From contig CAVQMM010000001.1 in assembly GCA_963713615.1 (NCBI GenBank), forward strand, positions 2,720,001-2,784,000: DNA of 64,000 nt, read 5' to 3'. Below the pieces are notes generated by a model. It saw only the letters and a program-made list of their open reading frames with translations, was not told the DNA's origin and ran no database searches. The stretch is from an uncultured Chlamydiae bacterium. Its GTDB lineage: Bacteria; Chlamydiota; Chlamydiia; Chlamydiales; JAJFMA01. Each line of letters begins with the position of its first letter. Position 1 is the stretch's first letter. Shown in pieces: positions 1-9,688 of this stretch. The position numbers were made by a program, and so were the translations under genes.

Positions 1-194
1 GAATCTATTTCTGTGACGAGATGTTAAGCCGCGTCAAGGGCTTCCGTAAGTATTTGGAAGAAGAAGGTACAGCCAAGTCGATCGTCTTTGCCGGCGCCAT
101 CGTGGCGATTCTCATTTGGTTACCCACACTCGTTCTAGGAGCTATTGCTGCTGTAGGCATTATGGCCTTGGTGCGTCGTTCCTCTGGGGCCTAG
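1..194 (+). CDS. 3' end of a small membrane protein (partial, runs in from the window edge)
   Basis: Open frame from nt 3 (IYFCDEMLSRVKGFRKYLEEEGTAKSIVFAGAIVAILIWLPTLVLGAIAAVGIMALVRRSSGA) ending at TAG 192-194; hydrophobic C-terminus. Confidence 0.55.
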   Translation, partial: IYFCDEMLSRVKGFRKYLEEEGTAKSIVFAGAIVAILIWLPTLVLGAIAAVGIMALVRRSSGA

Positions 195-221
195 TTCTAA
201 TATGGACCCACTTGCGATCGT

Positions 222-1103
222 TCAACCCCGGGGCTTTGGCGCAGTCGAAATGTGCAAAATCTGCCCGCGTGTAGTATAACCGAGCAATTGTGCTGCTGGC
301 AAAACAATCAGCGTTGCTACCATCGCTAGCGGATGTATCCCGGTATGATAGTGCAAACGGCTGAAATCGTTACTCGAGAGTCCTGGCCTTTCAGCTAAAG
401 ACATCAAACCATAAAGGATATGGTCGAGAAGCTGAACATAAGCAAAAAGCTCAAGAATTCGGCTTATCGTTGGATGTGATTCTCTCAAAGCATTCGAACC
501 CGCAAGCGCTGCCATAGCGACTAACATGGCGGCTACTATTCCACCTGCAATCACCAAAGATGTTGAAGCTTCTATCCCTATAAGTCTTCCAAAAAAGGTA
601 AGAGACCTCATCGGGGCCAATTGAGTGCTTCCCCCTCGGAAGGGATAGATGTGAATGCAAGGATTAGCTCCCTTATAGCAACTTAATGCTGCGAGAGCAT
701 GACCAGACTCATGCACCAACGCTGTAGCGCCCGCCTGCCCCGCGACATTTACCAGGGAAAGCTCCGAAAGAAATCTCGACTGAGAAACCGTTTGAGCGCT
801 CAGGCCTTTTTCGTTCGAACACGTGGGTATCCACCCCATTCTTTGCGCGGCATAGGCAGACAGTTGACAGACAAGTTCACCAACCAAACCCACCAAAGCA
901 GTCGAAATAATCACCATCCCAAGAGGTGCGGCCACGAACGACATAATGATGCAATTAACCGACAATGAAGCCACCAATGCTCCCAAAGCACGGGCAGCAA
1001 CCTGGATAACCTGGGCATCGTTGGCGGTGTCGCGGCTCTGACGCTTGAGTTCACCCATCCATGGAATTGTCGGAAACCATGGGACATTTCTGATCCCTTC
1101 CAT
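222..1103 (-). CDS. Membrane zinc metallopeptidase, M50/M50B-like
   Basis: HESGH (HExxH) motif, several TM segments, downstream ND motif. Start placed at MEGIRN (1103) because AGGAGG precedes it; the longer ORF-track start reads through a MITE. Confidence 0.65.
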   Translation of the reverse strand: MEGIRNVPWFPTIPWMGELKRQSRDTANDAQVIQVAARALGALVASLSVNCIIMSFVAAPLGMVIISTALVGLVGELVCQLSAYAAQRMGWIPTCSNEKGLSAQTVSQSRFLSELSLVNVAGQAGATALVHESGHALAALSCYKGANPCIHIYPFRGGSTQLAPMRSLTFFGRLIGIEASTSLVIAGGIVAAMLVAMAALAGSNALRESHPTISRILELFAYVQLLDHILYGLMSLAERPGLSSNDFSRLHYHTGIHPLAMVATLIVLPAAQLLGYTTRGQILHISTAPKPRG

Positions 1104-1240
1104 ACTCGACCTCCTGGCCAAATATGCTACCTGAGCCTCATTAAGTTTGGTTAAACGCTGTAAATATGAACGGCTTTGGCGCGGTCCAAATTCCAAATTT
1201 ATGACCGAGTATGGTATAGGTTTTCCTCTATACAAAATTA

Positions 1241-1401
1241 GGCCTTGTTCACCTTTGCGGTCAGAATTTCGGTCGGACGAAAAAAGTCGGATGTCGTGGT
1301 TTGTGACGAGGGCATAGCGCCAGCTATGTCCGAGGAGCAAAACGCGACAGACGATCCTTATTGCAGCCGACCGAAAACTGACCGAAAAGGCGAACAAGGC
1401 C
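1241..1401. mobile_element. MITE family A, copy 1 (161 bp; ends resemble IS1595/ISPna2 group)
   Basis: ~24-bp TIR GGCCTTGTTCACCTTTGCGGTCAG; flanks CAAAATTA/TAAAATTA (7/8 TSD); near-identical copies at 20813 and 33947. Confidence 0.9.
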
Positions 1402-1419
1402 TAAAATTAAAGGAGTACC

Positions 1420-2784
1420 ATGGTACACATCAAAATCACTAAAGGCCTGGATATTCCTATCAAAGGTCAGCCGAAGGGAGCCGTCCAAGATCTTGCTCGC
1501 CCCGATACCGTATCGCTCAGCCTACGTGCGTTTGAACAGGTGAAATTTAAGGTACTGGTCAAGACTGGTGATGTTGTTAAAATCGGTCAACCACTCGCCC
1601 TGGATAAGGACCACCCCGATCGTGTCTTTGTAGCGCCAGCTTCGGGAATGATCATCGATGTCCTGCGCGGACACAAGCGCCACCCCACAAACATCACGAT
1701 CCGCATGAATCGTGCTGATGAATATATCGAGGGAACTCCTCACCCGATTCAGAGCGCAAACCGCGATGAACTTATGAAAGCGCTACTAGCAGGAGGATTA
1801 TTCTGTCATATTCGCCAGCGCCCTTTTAACACTTTAGCGGATCCGACAAAAATGCCTCGTAGCATTTTTGTGAAGGCTTTGGAGTCGGCTCCCTTCGCCC
1901 CTCCCGCTGAATTGCAAGTTGCCGGTAACGAAAAGGAATTTGCCGCTGGGCTACAGGCCCTTTCCAAGCTTACGCCCGGAGCCGTTCATCTGGTCTATCG
2001 CCAAGATACACCCTGCAAGGCCTTCACGGAGGCCACCCATGTTCAACACCATACCACCGAGGGGCCTCACCCCATCGCTAACCATTCGCTCCATATTCAG
2101 ACCATTGACCCCATCACAGCTCCTGAAGATGTTATTTGGACTGTTTCAGCTCTAGACGTCGTCGCTATCGGCCATTACCTACTTACCGGTAAGCCTTATA
2201 TCTATCGCGTTGTCAGCGTCGCTGGGCCAGGAATCGTCGAAGAACGGGCTGGTTATTTCAAAGCTCGCGCTGGGCATCCCGTCTCAGGACTAATCGCCAA
2301 CAAAATCCCTAGAGGCTACTTTCGATTCATCTCCGGAGACCCTCTTACCGGTGAGAAAGTTGATGCCGAAGACTACTTAAATTTCTACGACACCACATTC
2401 TCAGTGATCCCTGAAGCTGTAACTAGGGAATTCCTGCACTTCTTCCGACCAGGACTCGAAAAATATACAGCTAGCAAATGCTACGTTTCGGGACATCTTC
2501 ACGGATCACACCGTCAATACGATTTCACTACCAGCTTGCATGGGGAACACCGAGCTTTTGTCACCAACACTCCCTATGACAAAGTCATGCCCCTACGGAT
2601 ATCCACAATGTTGCTGTGTAAGGCCGTCATGGCAGAAGATTACGAACTCGCCGACCAAATGGGCCTGTTGGAAGTCGCCCCAGAAGATTTTGCCTTGCCA
2701 ACGTTCGTTTGCCCATCAAAAATTGAGATCATGGACATCATCAAACACGGCTTGATCACCTACAAACAGGAAGTTCTACCTTAA
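1420..2784 (+). CDS. nqrA: Na(+)-translocating NADH:quinone reductase subunit A
   Basis: N-terminus IKITKGLDIPIKG, ISGDPLTG, C-terminal EDFALPTFVCPSK; AAGGAG RBS. Confidence 0.93.
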   Translation: MVHIKITKGLDIPIKGQPKGAVQDLARPDTVSLSLRAFEQVKFKVLVKTGDVVKIGQPLALDKDHPDRVFVAPASGMIIDVLRGHKRHPTNITIRMNRADEYIEGTPHPIQSANRDELMKALLAGGLFCHIRQRPFNTLADPTKMPRSIFVKALESAPFAPPAELQVAGNEKEFAAGLQALSKLTPGAVHLVYRQDTPCKAFTEATHVQHHTTEGPHPIANHSLHIQTIDPITAPEDVIWTVSALDVVAIGHYLLTGKPYIYRVVSVAGPGIVEERAGYFKARAGHPVSGLIANKIPRGYFRFISGDPLTGEKVDAEDYLNFYDTTFSVIPEAVTREFLHFFRPGLEKYTASKCYVSGHLHGSHRQYDFTTSLHGEHRAFVTNTPYDKVMPLRISTMLLCKAVMAEDYELADQMGLLEVAPEDFALPTFVCPSKIEIMDIIKHGLITYKQEVLP

Positions 2785-3431
2785 GGATAGTTTAGCCACA
2801 TCGTCGTATACAGGTTGTACAGGAGCCAAATCATGATCGTGCCGACAACTCCATCGAAGACTCGTGCACCAATAGGATTGAGGATAACCTTGCGGAGCGC
2901 ACGTGCGCAATATCCTAACGCGATAAACCAGACGATAGAGGCGATTATTGCTCCAATAGCAAAGGAAATACGGTCATCAGCCTCTTCATAGCGCAGCGCC
3001 ATTCCTCCAATAACGACTACAGTGTCCAAGATAGCATGCGGATTCAAGATGCTAAAGCCAATGGCAGTTAGAATAACCTTACCCCTAGACGCAATATCTG
3101 AACCTCCCGTCGCGAAGGCTTGAAAGTAACCGCCCATGATCGCGCGACGCCACGATTTGATGGCATATCCTCCGATGAATGCAATACCACCCCAGAGCAG
3201 CAAGCTGCGAAGCCACCAAACTCCGGCAATAAAATGCGATAACCCAATGGCGCCCATGGCAATAAGAAATGAATCACATAAGCTGCAAACGATAATGACT
3301 GTAGGAACGTGAAGGCCTAAGGCTCCCTGACGCAAAACGTAGGTGTTTTGCGGTCCGATTGCCAAAATCATGCTGATGGACAGGGCAAAACCTTGCCCAA
3401 ATGGCCCATATAAAAACTCATACATGATCAT
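2781..3431 (-). CDS. LysE/ArgO family amino-acid exporter
   Basis: ILAIGPQNTYVLRQG, CSLCD, LNPHAILDT motifs; about 6 TM segments. Confidence 0.9.
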   Translation of the reverse strand: MIMYEFLYGPFGQGFALSISMILAIGPQNTYVLRQGALGLHVPTVIIVCSLCDSFLIAMGAIGLSHFIAGVWWLRSLLLWGGIAFIGGYAIKSWRRAIMGGYFQAFATGGSDIASRGKVILTAIGFSILNPHAILDTVVVIGGMALRYEEADDRISFAIGAIIASIVWFIALGYCARALRKVILNPIGARVFDGVVGTIMIWLLYNLYTTMWLNYP

Positions 3432-3601
3432 ACCGATTGTGGATCCAGGGACCCTAAGGGAATCAGACTAGGTTTCAGAGTACGCCAAAAATGATTTTTT
3501 GACAAATGAGGACCCTCAGGGAAAACACAGTGCTAAACCTTCATTTTCAGTTAGATAACATAAAAAAAGAGGAAGAAAAACCCGCTAATTCCCTGAAGGA
3601 T

Positions 3602-4834
3602 TCATGCCCGAACAGCATAGTATAACATCGCTACCGCAGACATTCCAGCTGCTAGGACGAGAATAAGTTTAGATGACAGCAGCAGCAGAACACCCCCGAG
3701 CAGGCAAATAACGGCATCTCCCAAGACGCGTAGGGATATTTGGACACCCATAACTTCGCCTTGAACCACGTCCGAAACAGAATCCGAAATTCTTACGGTA
3801 ATAAATGTTACCCCAAGTCCGATTGCTAAACCACTAACGGCGAATAACACTATCATCAAATAGATGGAGTCAGTCAGTACCATGCCTATTAAAAAAAGGG
3901 CCAAACCACCAGTGGCACAAATGATCGTGAGTCGGCTGGAAATCCTTGAAAACAGAAATGTGGACATCCATCCATTTCCTACAGCAAGAGCGACACACAG
4001 CACACTATTGTAGAGAATGAGCTGCACCGGATCAAGAATCCACTTTGCCGTAAGATAAACTGGCCCAAACTCATAAAAAATATCGACTGCCAGAGTAAAA
4101 CAGGTAGAGGCTATCATGAGAAACTGGAGCTGCTTATTGAAAAACAAGACGCGCATCCTCTTGACAAGGTTAATGCGGTGCCAGAAATTCCGAATCTCAC
4201 CTGATGGACTATTGACAGGTCGTTTTTGCAGCACTACAGCGGACAGCCCAGCGAGGCAGAAAAAGAGAATACAAATGAAATAGAACGGTGTTGAAGTCGT
4301 CAAGCCTTCCACGAGTTTACCATCGGTCATCAAACCACCCAAAAGAGGTCCAAGAAGATAGGCTATGGAGGCAACAGCATTGATTTTGCCAAATGTCTCG
4401 TGTTTGGAGATGGTTTTGATATCGGCAGCCATGGCACGCGCAATGGCAATGTTCCCTTCCATCAGACCTGCGGCAAAGCGACTTGCAATCAGCAGCCAGA
4501 GCTGCTGCCATTCCAGCGATAACCCAGTTAATAGGTTGCAAACTGCTGTAATCACTAAACTTCCTGAAAGCAGCCGCTTGCGACCAAAATCATCTGATAA
4601 AGCTCCCAGAATCGGCGATCCTATAAACTGCCCTAGCGGATAAGCAGCCAGGGTGATTCCAAGAAATAGGGCATGACTGGATTCGCTCCAACTTGCAGGT
4701 AGAATCGAGTAGGCAGGGTTCAAGAATAGTGCAGGAAAAATCAGGTAAGGCATTGAAATGCCGATAAAACCTAAAAAGACGATGATCAGAATGACCCAAA
4801 GCTGGCGTCTGTGAGTTATTTCGAGATTCACCAT
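3602..4834 (-). CDS. MFS transporter (TetA/DHA1-like)
   Basis: Motif A GALSDDFGRKR, LGPLLGG, about 12 hydrophobic segments. Confidence 0.88.
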   Translation of the reverse strand: MVNLEITHRRQLWVILIIVFLGFIGISMPYLIFPALFLNPAYSILPASWSESSHALFLGITLAAYPLGQFIGSPILGALSDDFGRKRLLSGSLVITAVCNLLTGLSLEWQQLWLLIASRFAAGLMEGNIAIARAMAADIKTISKHETFGKINAVASIAYLLGPLLGGLMTDGKLVEGLTTSTPFYFICILFFCLAGLSAVVLQKRPVNSPSGEIRNFWHRINLVKRMRVLFFNKQLQFLMIASTCFTLAVDIFYEFGPVYLTAKWILDPVQLILYNSVLCVALAVGNGWMSTFLFSRISSRLTIICATGGLALFLIGMVLTDSIYLMIVLFAVSGLAIGLGVTFITVRISDSVSDVVQGEVMGVQISLRVLGDAVICLLGGVLLLLSSKLILVLAAGMSAVAMLYYAVRA

Positions 4835-4907
4835 TTTTCCTCAATGTAGTGCATCAAGTATGCACCACGTGGACTTAAAAGGTAAGCGCAATAGGAAAGG
4901 ACCTTGA

Positions 4908-5597
4908 GAGGTAATTGCAGAAGTCCGATTTCCGAAGTCAATTCCTGAAACTCGAATACAATCGAAGAGAGAGAGAAGCGATTCCCTTCCTAGGCCCGAA
5001 GGGTCGATATTGCAACAGGCCAGGGCATCGCCCCATAGGCCTCAACCTAAGCCTAACAATCGTATCTCGGCGCGCAGCGCTTTGGAGTGCGGTCGCTTGC
5101 GACCGCTTTGGGTTCCTTGCGACGGTCGTGTGCAACGGCATTACTATAATTCCCTAAGGGTAAAATAGTTAGTACATGCAGCCTTCGACGAATCCATACA
5201 ATGCCGTTTAGCATTGCCGTCCCAAGGAACGAAAAGCGGTCGCAAGCGACCGCACTCCAAAGCGCTGCGCGCCGAGATACGATTGTGAAGTCCTAAGTCA
5301 TTGAGATATAAGCTCAAAAGACCTGTTAGGTTGAGGCCTATGGGGCATCGCCCTGGTATACGCCAGGATAGGGTTTCGCAGTCTGAAAGACTGCCACAAG
5401 ATGCCGGTTTGCACACACCATTTATGCATGCTTTCTATGGCAGTCCTTCGAGGCTGACAGGAAATATCCCTTGGCCTGTTGCAATATCGACCCTTCGGGC
5501 CTAGGAGGGAGTAAGGGCCTGTGTCTCCAGGCCAGATAGTGCCATGCCATCTGAGTTCTCTAGAATTGCCTTCTCGCAAAAAAAGGTAACATTTTTT
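4908..5597. mobile_element. Composite MITE family C, copy 1 (right end missing), carrying a nested MITE
   Basis: Starts GAGGTAATTGCAGAAGTCCGATT like the 29372 copy and is similar to it up to AAAGGTAAC; internal inverted arms GGCCCGAAGGGTCGATATTGCAACAGGCCA. Confidence 0.8.
5034..5342. mobile_element. IS4/IS231-like MITE family B, copy 1 (309 bp)
   Basis: Perfect 17-bp TIR CATAGGCCTCAACCTAA; 11-bp TSD GGGCATCGCCC (5023-5033, 5343-5353); internal 54-bp inverted repeat 5056-5109/5233-5286. Confidence 0.9.
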
Positions 5598-6846
5598 ACT
5601 CAAGGTCCTTTCTTAATACGCTTGGGGGCTTCAGCGAGGCATAGATAGCGCTTAGCTTTTGCACGGTAGCTTCCCAGCTGTATTGTTTAACAGCCTTTTG
5701 ACCTGCAGCAACCAATCGCTTCCCAAGGGCTTTATCTGTAGCTAATTTAACCATTTGTGCAAGAAGCCCCTCTTGGTCATTGTCTTCGAAAAACAAAACG
5801 TCCTCATCCGAGTGTGTAAATCCCGGAATTCCGCCGACTCGGCTGGCAATCACAGGAACTCCGGCAGCCCAAGCCTCAAGAATGACGATGCCAAACGGCT
5901 CCATGCGCGAGGGCAATACAAACATATCGGTAGCTCGGTAAGCACTCGGTAACAAGGGATCATCGGGTTGTAATCCGGGAATCAACAGCACTCGGTCGGA
6001 AATGTTTAGCCGCGCGGCCGTAGAACGAATCTCCTCGGCATAGCTTTCCACATTAATAGGCCCAATAAGAACAAGTTTGTATCCGGGAAAACGCTGGGCA
6101 AATTCAGCAAAAGCCTTAACCAATAGAACTTGATTCTTTTGAAAATCGATTCGGGATACGCACAAAATCAGGCGTTCGTCATCCTCAATGCCATATTGCC
6201 GACGAAATTGACCTGGGTCCGCCGTGCAAAATTTGTCTTCATGTACGCCATTGGGAACATAGCAGACTTTTTTACTAGGAAAACGTTTTTTCATCTCCTC
6301 ATATTCATCCTGTCCCACACAGATGATTGCGTCAGCATCTTGCAATGTACGTCGGGCCCCTAGCAACCATCCAAAAACCTTTCCCCACTCCCAATTGTTT
6401 TTGAATGGTTCTTGCATCTTGGCAGCATGCTCTGCTGGCATCGTGAATACCCCGCCATGAACACTGACAACATATGGGATACGCCTGAGACGCGCTACAG
6501 TGCGAGCTATACCCCCTAAACGGTGCTGCACATGGGTGTGGATAAGGGACAGATTGGGTTCACGTAGAAGAGAAAGAAACAGTGAAAATGAAAGTGGACT
6601 TCCACCCTTGAGACGCATCTTAGCTTGCGCATCATCGCTAAGTCCAATCCAAGGAAAAGTATAGCTAAAGCGTCTTACTGGAACTCCTTCAATGACTTCT
6701 TGGCCTGATTGACTGAACATGTCTGTACAAAAGATAACGTTGGAAACGCCTTTTTTAGACAGCTCTTGGCATGTATTAAAAACCACAGTCTCTGTTCCAC
6801 CCCACTTAGCGGGGGTAAAGCGGCGCATGACATGTGCAATCTTCAT
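5596..6846 (-). CDS. Glycosyltransferase family 4 (GT-B)
   Basis: GGTE N-terminal motif, VPNGV, EPFGIVILEAWAAGVPVIASRVGG. Confidence 0.92.
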   Translation of the reverse strand: MKIAHVMRRFTPAKWGGTETVVFNTCQELSKKGVSNVIFCTDMFSQSGQEVIEGVPVRRFSYTFPWIGLSDDAQAKMRLKGGSPLSFSLFLSLLREPNLSLIHTHVQHRLGGIARTVARLRRIPYVVSVHGGVFTMPAEHAAKMQEPFKNNWEWGKVFGWLLGARRTLQDADAIICVGQDEYEEMKKRFPSKKVCYVPNGVHEDKFCTADPGQFRRQYGIEDDERLILCVSRIDFQKNQVLLVKAFAEFAQRFPGYKLVLIGPINVESYAEEIRSTAARLNISDRVLLIPGLQPDDPLLPSAYRATDMFVLPSRMEPFGIVILEAWAAGVPVIASRVGGIPGFTHSDEDVLFFEDNDQEGLLAQMVKLATDKALGKRLVAAGQKAVKQYSWEATVQKLSAIYASLKPPSVLRKDLE

Positions 6847-8420
6847 CTCTTGCCTGTCCCTACGCTAACCCCAGTCATGAAGTCTAACGCTTTGTTAAGA
6901 CCCCTTATATTGATCGATTTGAAGTGCCTAATGTCACTAGGCCGAATGACCTTGAAGAACCTGATCATGGCGATCCATAGCACAGCATAAATCCCTGCCA
7001 AGGCAAACAGTCCCAATAGATTGGGTGAAGGGATGAGCAGGAATAGCATCGCACCAAGAACCACCGAAGGAATCAAAACTCGTATAAAAAAAGACAGAGG
7101 GAAGAAGATGCCACCCAATAGACCGCGAATGACCCATAGCTTCAGCGGACTTACCAGAAGAAAAGTAATCACTATCGCCGCTAAAGCACCGGCCAACCCA
7201 AAATGTTTGATGAGAATGTAATCGAGGCTAAGGTTAATCCCCAGATGCACTACGTTTAACCACATCGTATTGGCTACCTTTTCTGTGGCTGTCAGGGCCA
7301 TGGAAAGAGGTATCCAAATCATTGGCAGAAGACGAAAAATACAAAAAAACGAAGCGATTAGTCCTGCAGGGGCCATTGCACTTCCATACACGACCTCCAC
7401 GCCTCTGTGGGCGAAAAAGGCACCGAAGCAGGCTAGGGGGACCGTTATAATGATAAGAGCCTGGAAAACACCTGCTGTCAAGTCTCCCAAGCTAGCTTTG
7501 TGTCTTGAATAAGCCTCTGACAATGCCGTCGTAAACAGCGTTTGTAAGGCCATAGGGACAAAGGTAAGCAGCTGGTTCGCCAGCATCAGTCCTAGCGAAT
7601 AGTAGCCTAAAATAGCATGTGATGCAAAGTAGCCTAGAAAAAATATCTCAGAGTATTGCGAAAGCAACTTGTTGGTAATGGCCATGAAGGTCATTGGCAA
7701 GGTCAATTTCAGCACCCGACGCCGTCCAATACCTGGGCGAACGACATGATCTTTCCAAGCTTTGAAGAAACGCTGTAGCTTCGACAGGCTCAGAAGAGCC
7801 ATGAGGGCTATGGAACCACTAAAAGCAATCAAGACAGCCTTCACAGAAAAGCTACCAGTGAAATAGAGCACCACAAGCCATATGATGAAGATAATAGCCT
7901 GCCCTACACTGGTGACGGCCAAGAAGCGCGCCATAAATAGAGAGGTAAATAGATTATTCAAAAACTCTTTGGTTACAAGCATAGCAGTGAACAGCACGAC
8001 AACAAGAACGTAGGGGCCAAATGCGATATGAAAAAGCTGCGATATCCAAGGTACCAAGGCATATAGAAGTGTTCCTGTCAAAAGAAGAGCTGCTCCTTGC
8101 ATCAAGACAGAATTAAGCAAAAAACGTCTCAGCCCGGCCCGATTGGCCGAGGTCGTTAACTCAGGAACAAAGCGCAGTAAACTCTGATTAAGCCCCATCG
8201 TACAAAATACCATGAGATAATCAGCCATACTCCCTAACAGCGAATAGACACCATAATCCGTGGGACCAAGGCTGCGTACGATAATGATGGATATGGCGAA
8301 GTAGAGGAAAAATGTAAGGATCTTGCCAATCAGTAACCAAGGTACTGATGACAAAGCCTCACGCGAGAAGAACGCTCCCGGCGGCGCATCGCCACCGGGT
8401 TGGCTGGAATTCACGTCCAA
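6843..8420 (-). CDS. Wzx-type oligosaccharide flippase
   Basis: RSLGPTDYGVYSL, LGYYSLG, more than 12 TM segments; lies in the polysaccharide operon. Confidence 0.85.
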   Translation of the reverse strand: MDVNSSQPGGDAPPGAFFSREALSSVPWLLIGKILTFFLYFAISIIIVRSLGPTDYGVYSLLGSMADYLMVFCTMGLNQSLLRFVPELTTSANRAGLRRFLLNSVLMQGAALLLTGTLLYALVPWISQLFHIAFGPYVLVVVLFTAMLVTKEFLNNLFTSLFMARFLAVTSVGQAIIFIIWLVVLYFTGSFSVKAVLIAFSGSIALMALLSLSKLQRFFKAWKDHVVRPGIGRRRVLKLTLPMTFMAITNKLLSQYSEIFFLGYFASHAILGYYSLGLMLANQLLTFVPMALQTLFTTALSEAYSRHKASLGDLTAGVFQALIIITVPLACFGAFFAHRGVEVVYGSAMAPAGLIASFFCIFRLLPMIWIPLSMALTATEKVANTMWLNVVHLGINLSLDYILIKHFGLAGALAAIVITFLLVSPLKLWVIRGLLGGIFFPLSFFIRVLIPSVVLGAMLFLLIPSPNLLGLFALAGIYAVLWIAMIRFFKVIRPSDIRHFKSINIRGLNKALDFMTGVSVGTGKR

Positions 8421-8424
8421 CTGC

Positions 8425-9669
8425 TTATGGACTCGTTATGGGTGCTGGCGGCTGAACTATCCCGTTTACATTGATGTTTGGTATCACGTTAACAGGTGTA
8501 TTAGTGACGGCTTCACCGGTGATATTGGACCAGGCTATTGAACCAAAATCTGATGCCGCCGTCGATACATATATCCTTATGGCATACTGCACCAACTCGC
8601 GGAATGATGTAAATGTCCTAGGTGGAACATAAACAATATCGCCTGGTCTCAGCAAAAAGTCCGGTTCGCAGCCTCTGAGAATGAGGTTGAGGTCAATATA
8701 GAAGGTATAGGGCTCATTGAGAGACCCGCGCACAACTAAGACCCTCGAGCTGGCATTAAAGGTCATGCCACCAGCTAATGCTATCGACTCAGCCAATGTG
8801 ACTTTATTGAGGTATCCTAGTGAGGAAGGCAGTGCTACCTCGCCCATCACATAGATCTCCTTCTCCAGAGCGCTAGGGACGTAGATGTAGTCGCCGGGTT
8901 CTATCACAACATCATGCTGAGTATCTCCCTCAACTACCAACTTCTTAAAGTCGACCGAAACATACTGCCCTTTACGCAATAGAAAAGCGCGGCTAAGGTC
9001 CGCTAAGTCAACCGTCATCGTGCGAAAACTACCCGATGGAAAACCACCAGCTCGACAAAGCGCTGATAGAATCGTCTCTCTACCTAAAAGTGACTTGCGA
9101 CCAGGCACATTGACCCATCCTAGGATAGTATAGGATTGGCCTCCAAATTCAACCGGGCTCAAACTCACAAAAGTATAGCGATAGACCTTGCGGATGCGCG
9201 CGTTCATTTCCTTGCGAACTTCATCGATATTCTTACCAACAACATCCAAAGTGCCAATAATAGGATACGTGACTGTACCTGCCGCATCGACAGTGACGTC
9301 ACGCTCCGTATTAGGTTCGCCATAAATGGCAACGGATAGGCGATCGCCAATTTGAAGTTTATATAAGGCACTGGTGGGATCGGTGTGTCGCGGATCTTTA
9401 GAGGGTTCCTTGATGGCAACTTTATCTGGCGAGATATGCTTCAAAGGCCTGATGACAGGACTATTGGTAGCAGGTGCTTCCACAAAGCGAAAATTATCGT
9501 CACCCCCATCAGACTGTGACTGCGCCATTAGGGCCCTATCGACCCAATAAGGCCTAGCATCCGCAGCCAACGATTGTTGACCTACTATAAGCAGCGCAAG
9601 GGACAAGAGAGCACGCCGAACCCAATTGATACCAACTATACCAACGCCTGTTTTTATCACGTCGAGCAT
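8425..9669 (-). CDS. Polysaccharide export protein (Wza/OPX-like, SLBB domains)
   Basis: YKLQIGDRLSV...VDAAGTVTYPIIG poly_export motif; two SLBB-like units (PGDYIYVP, PGDIVYVP). Confidence 0.88.
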   Translation of the reverse strand: MLDVIKTGVGIVGINWVRRALLSLALLIVGQQSLAADARPYWVDRALMAQSQSDGGDDNFRFVEAPATNSPVIRPLKHISPDKVAIKEPSKDPRHTDPTSALYKLQIGDRLSVAIYGEPNTERDVTVDAAGTVTYPIIGTLDVVGKNIDEVRKEMNARIRKVYRYTFVSLSPVEFGGQSYTILGWVNVPGRKSLLGRETILSALCRAGGFPSGSFRTMTVDLADLSRAFLLRKGQYVSVDFKKLVVEGDTQHDVVIEPGDYIYVPSALEKEIYVMGEVALPSSLGYLNKVTLAESIALAGGMTFNASSRVLVVRGSLNEPYTFYIDLNLILRGCEPDFLLRPGDIVYVPPRTFTSFRELVQYAIRIYVSTAASDFGSIAWSNITGEAVTNTPVNVIPNINVNGIVQPPAPITSP

Positions 9670-9688
9670 CGCCCAAGGTCTCCGTTAC

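Noticed and set aside
1104..1397. 98-aa N-terminal extension of the 222..1397 ORF
   Set aside because: It reads through MITE A (similar peptides appear in the ORFs at 20637 and 33777/33893); a good RBS precedes the ATG at 1103
4915..5603. Cluster of short ORFs (e.g. SALECGRLRPL peptides), repeated at 29312-30128, 22801-23001 and 38988-39279
   Set aside because: They are translations of palindromic non-coding repeats, open on both strands, with no RBS or protein motifs
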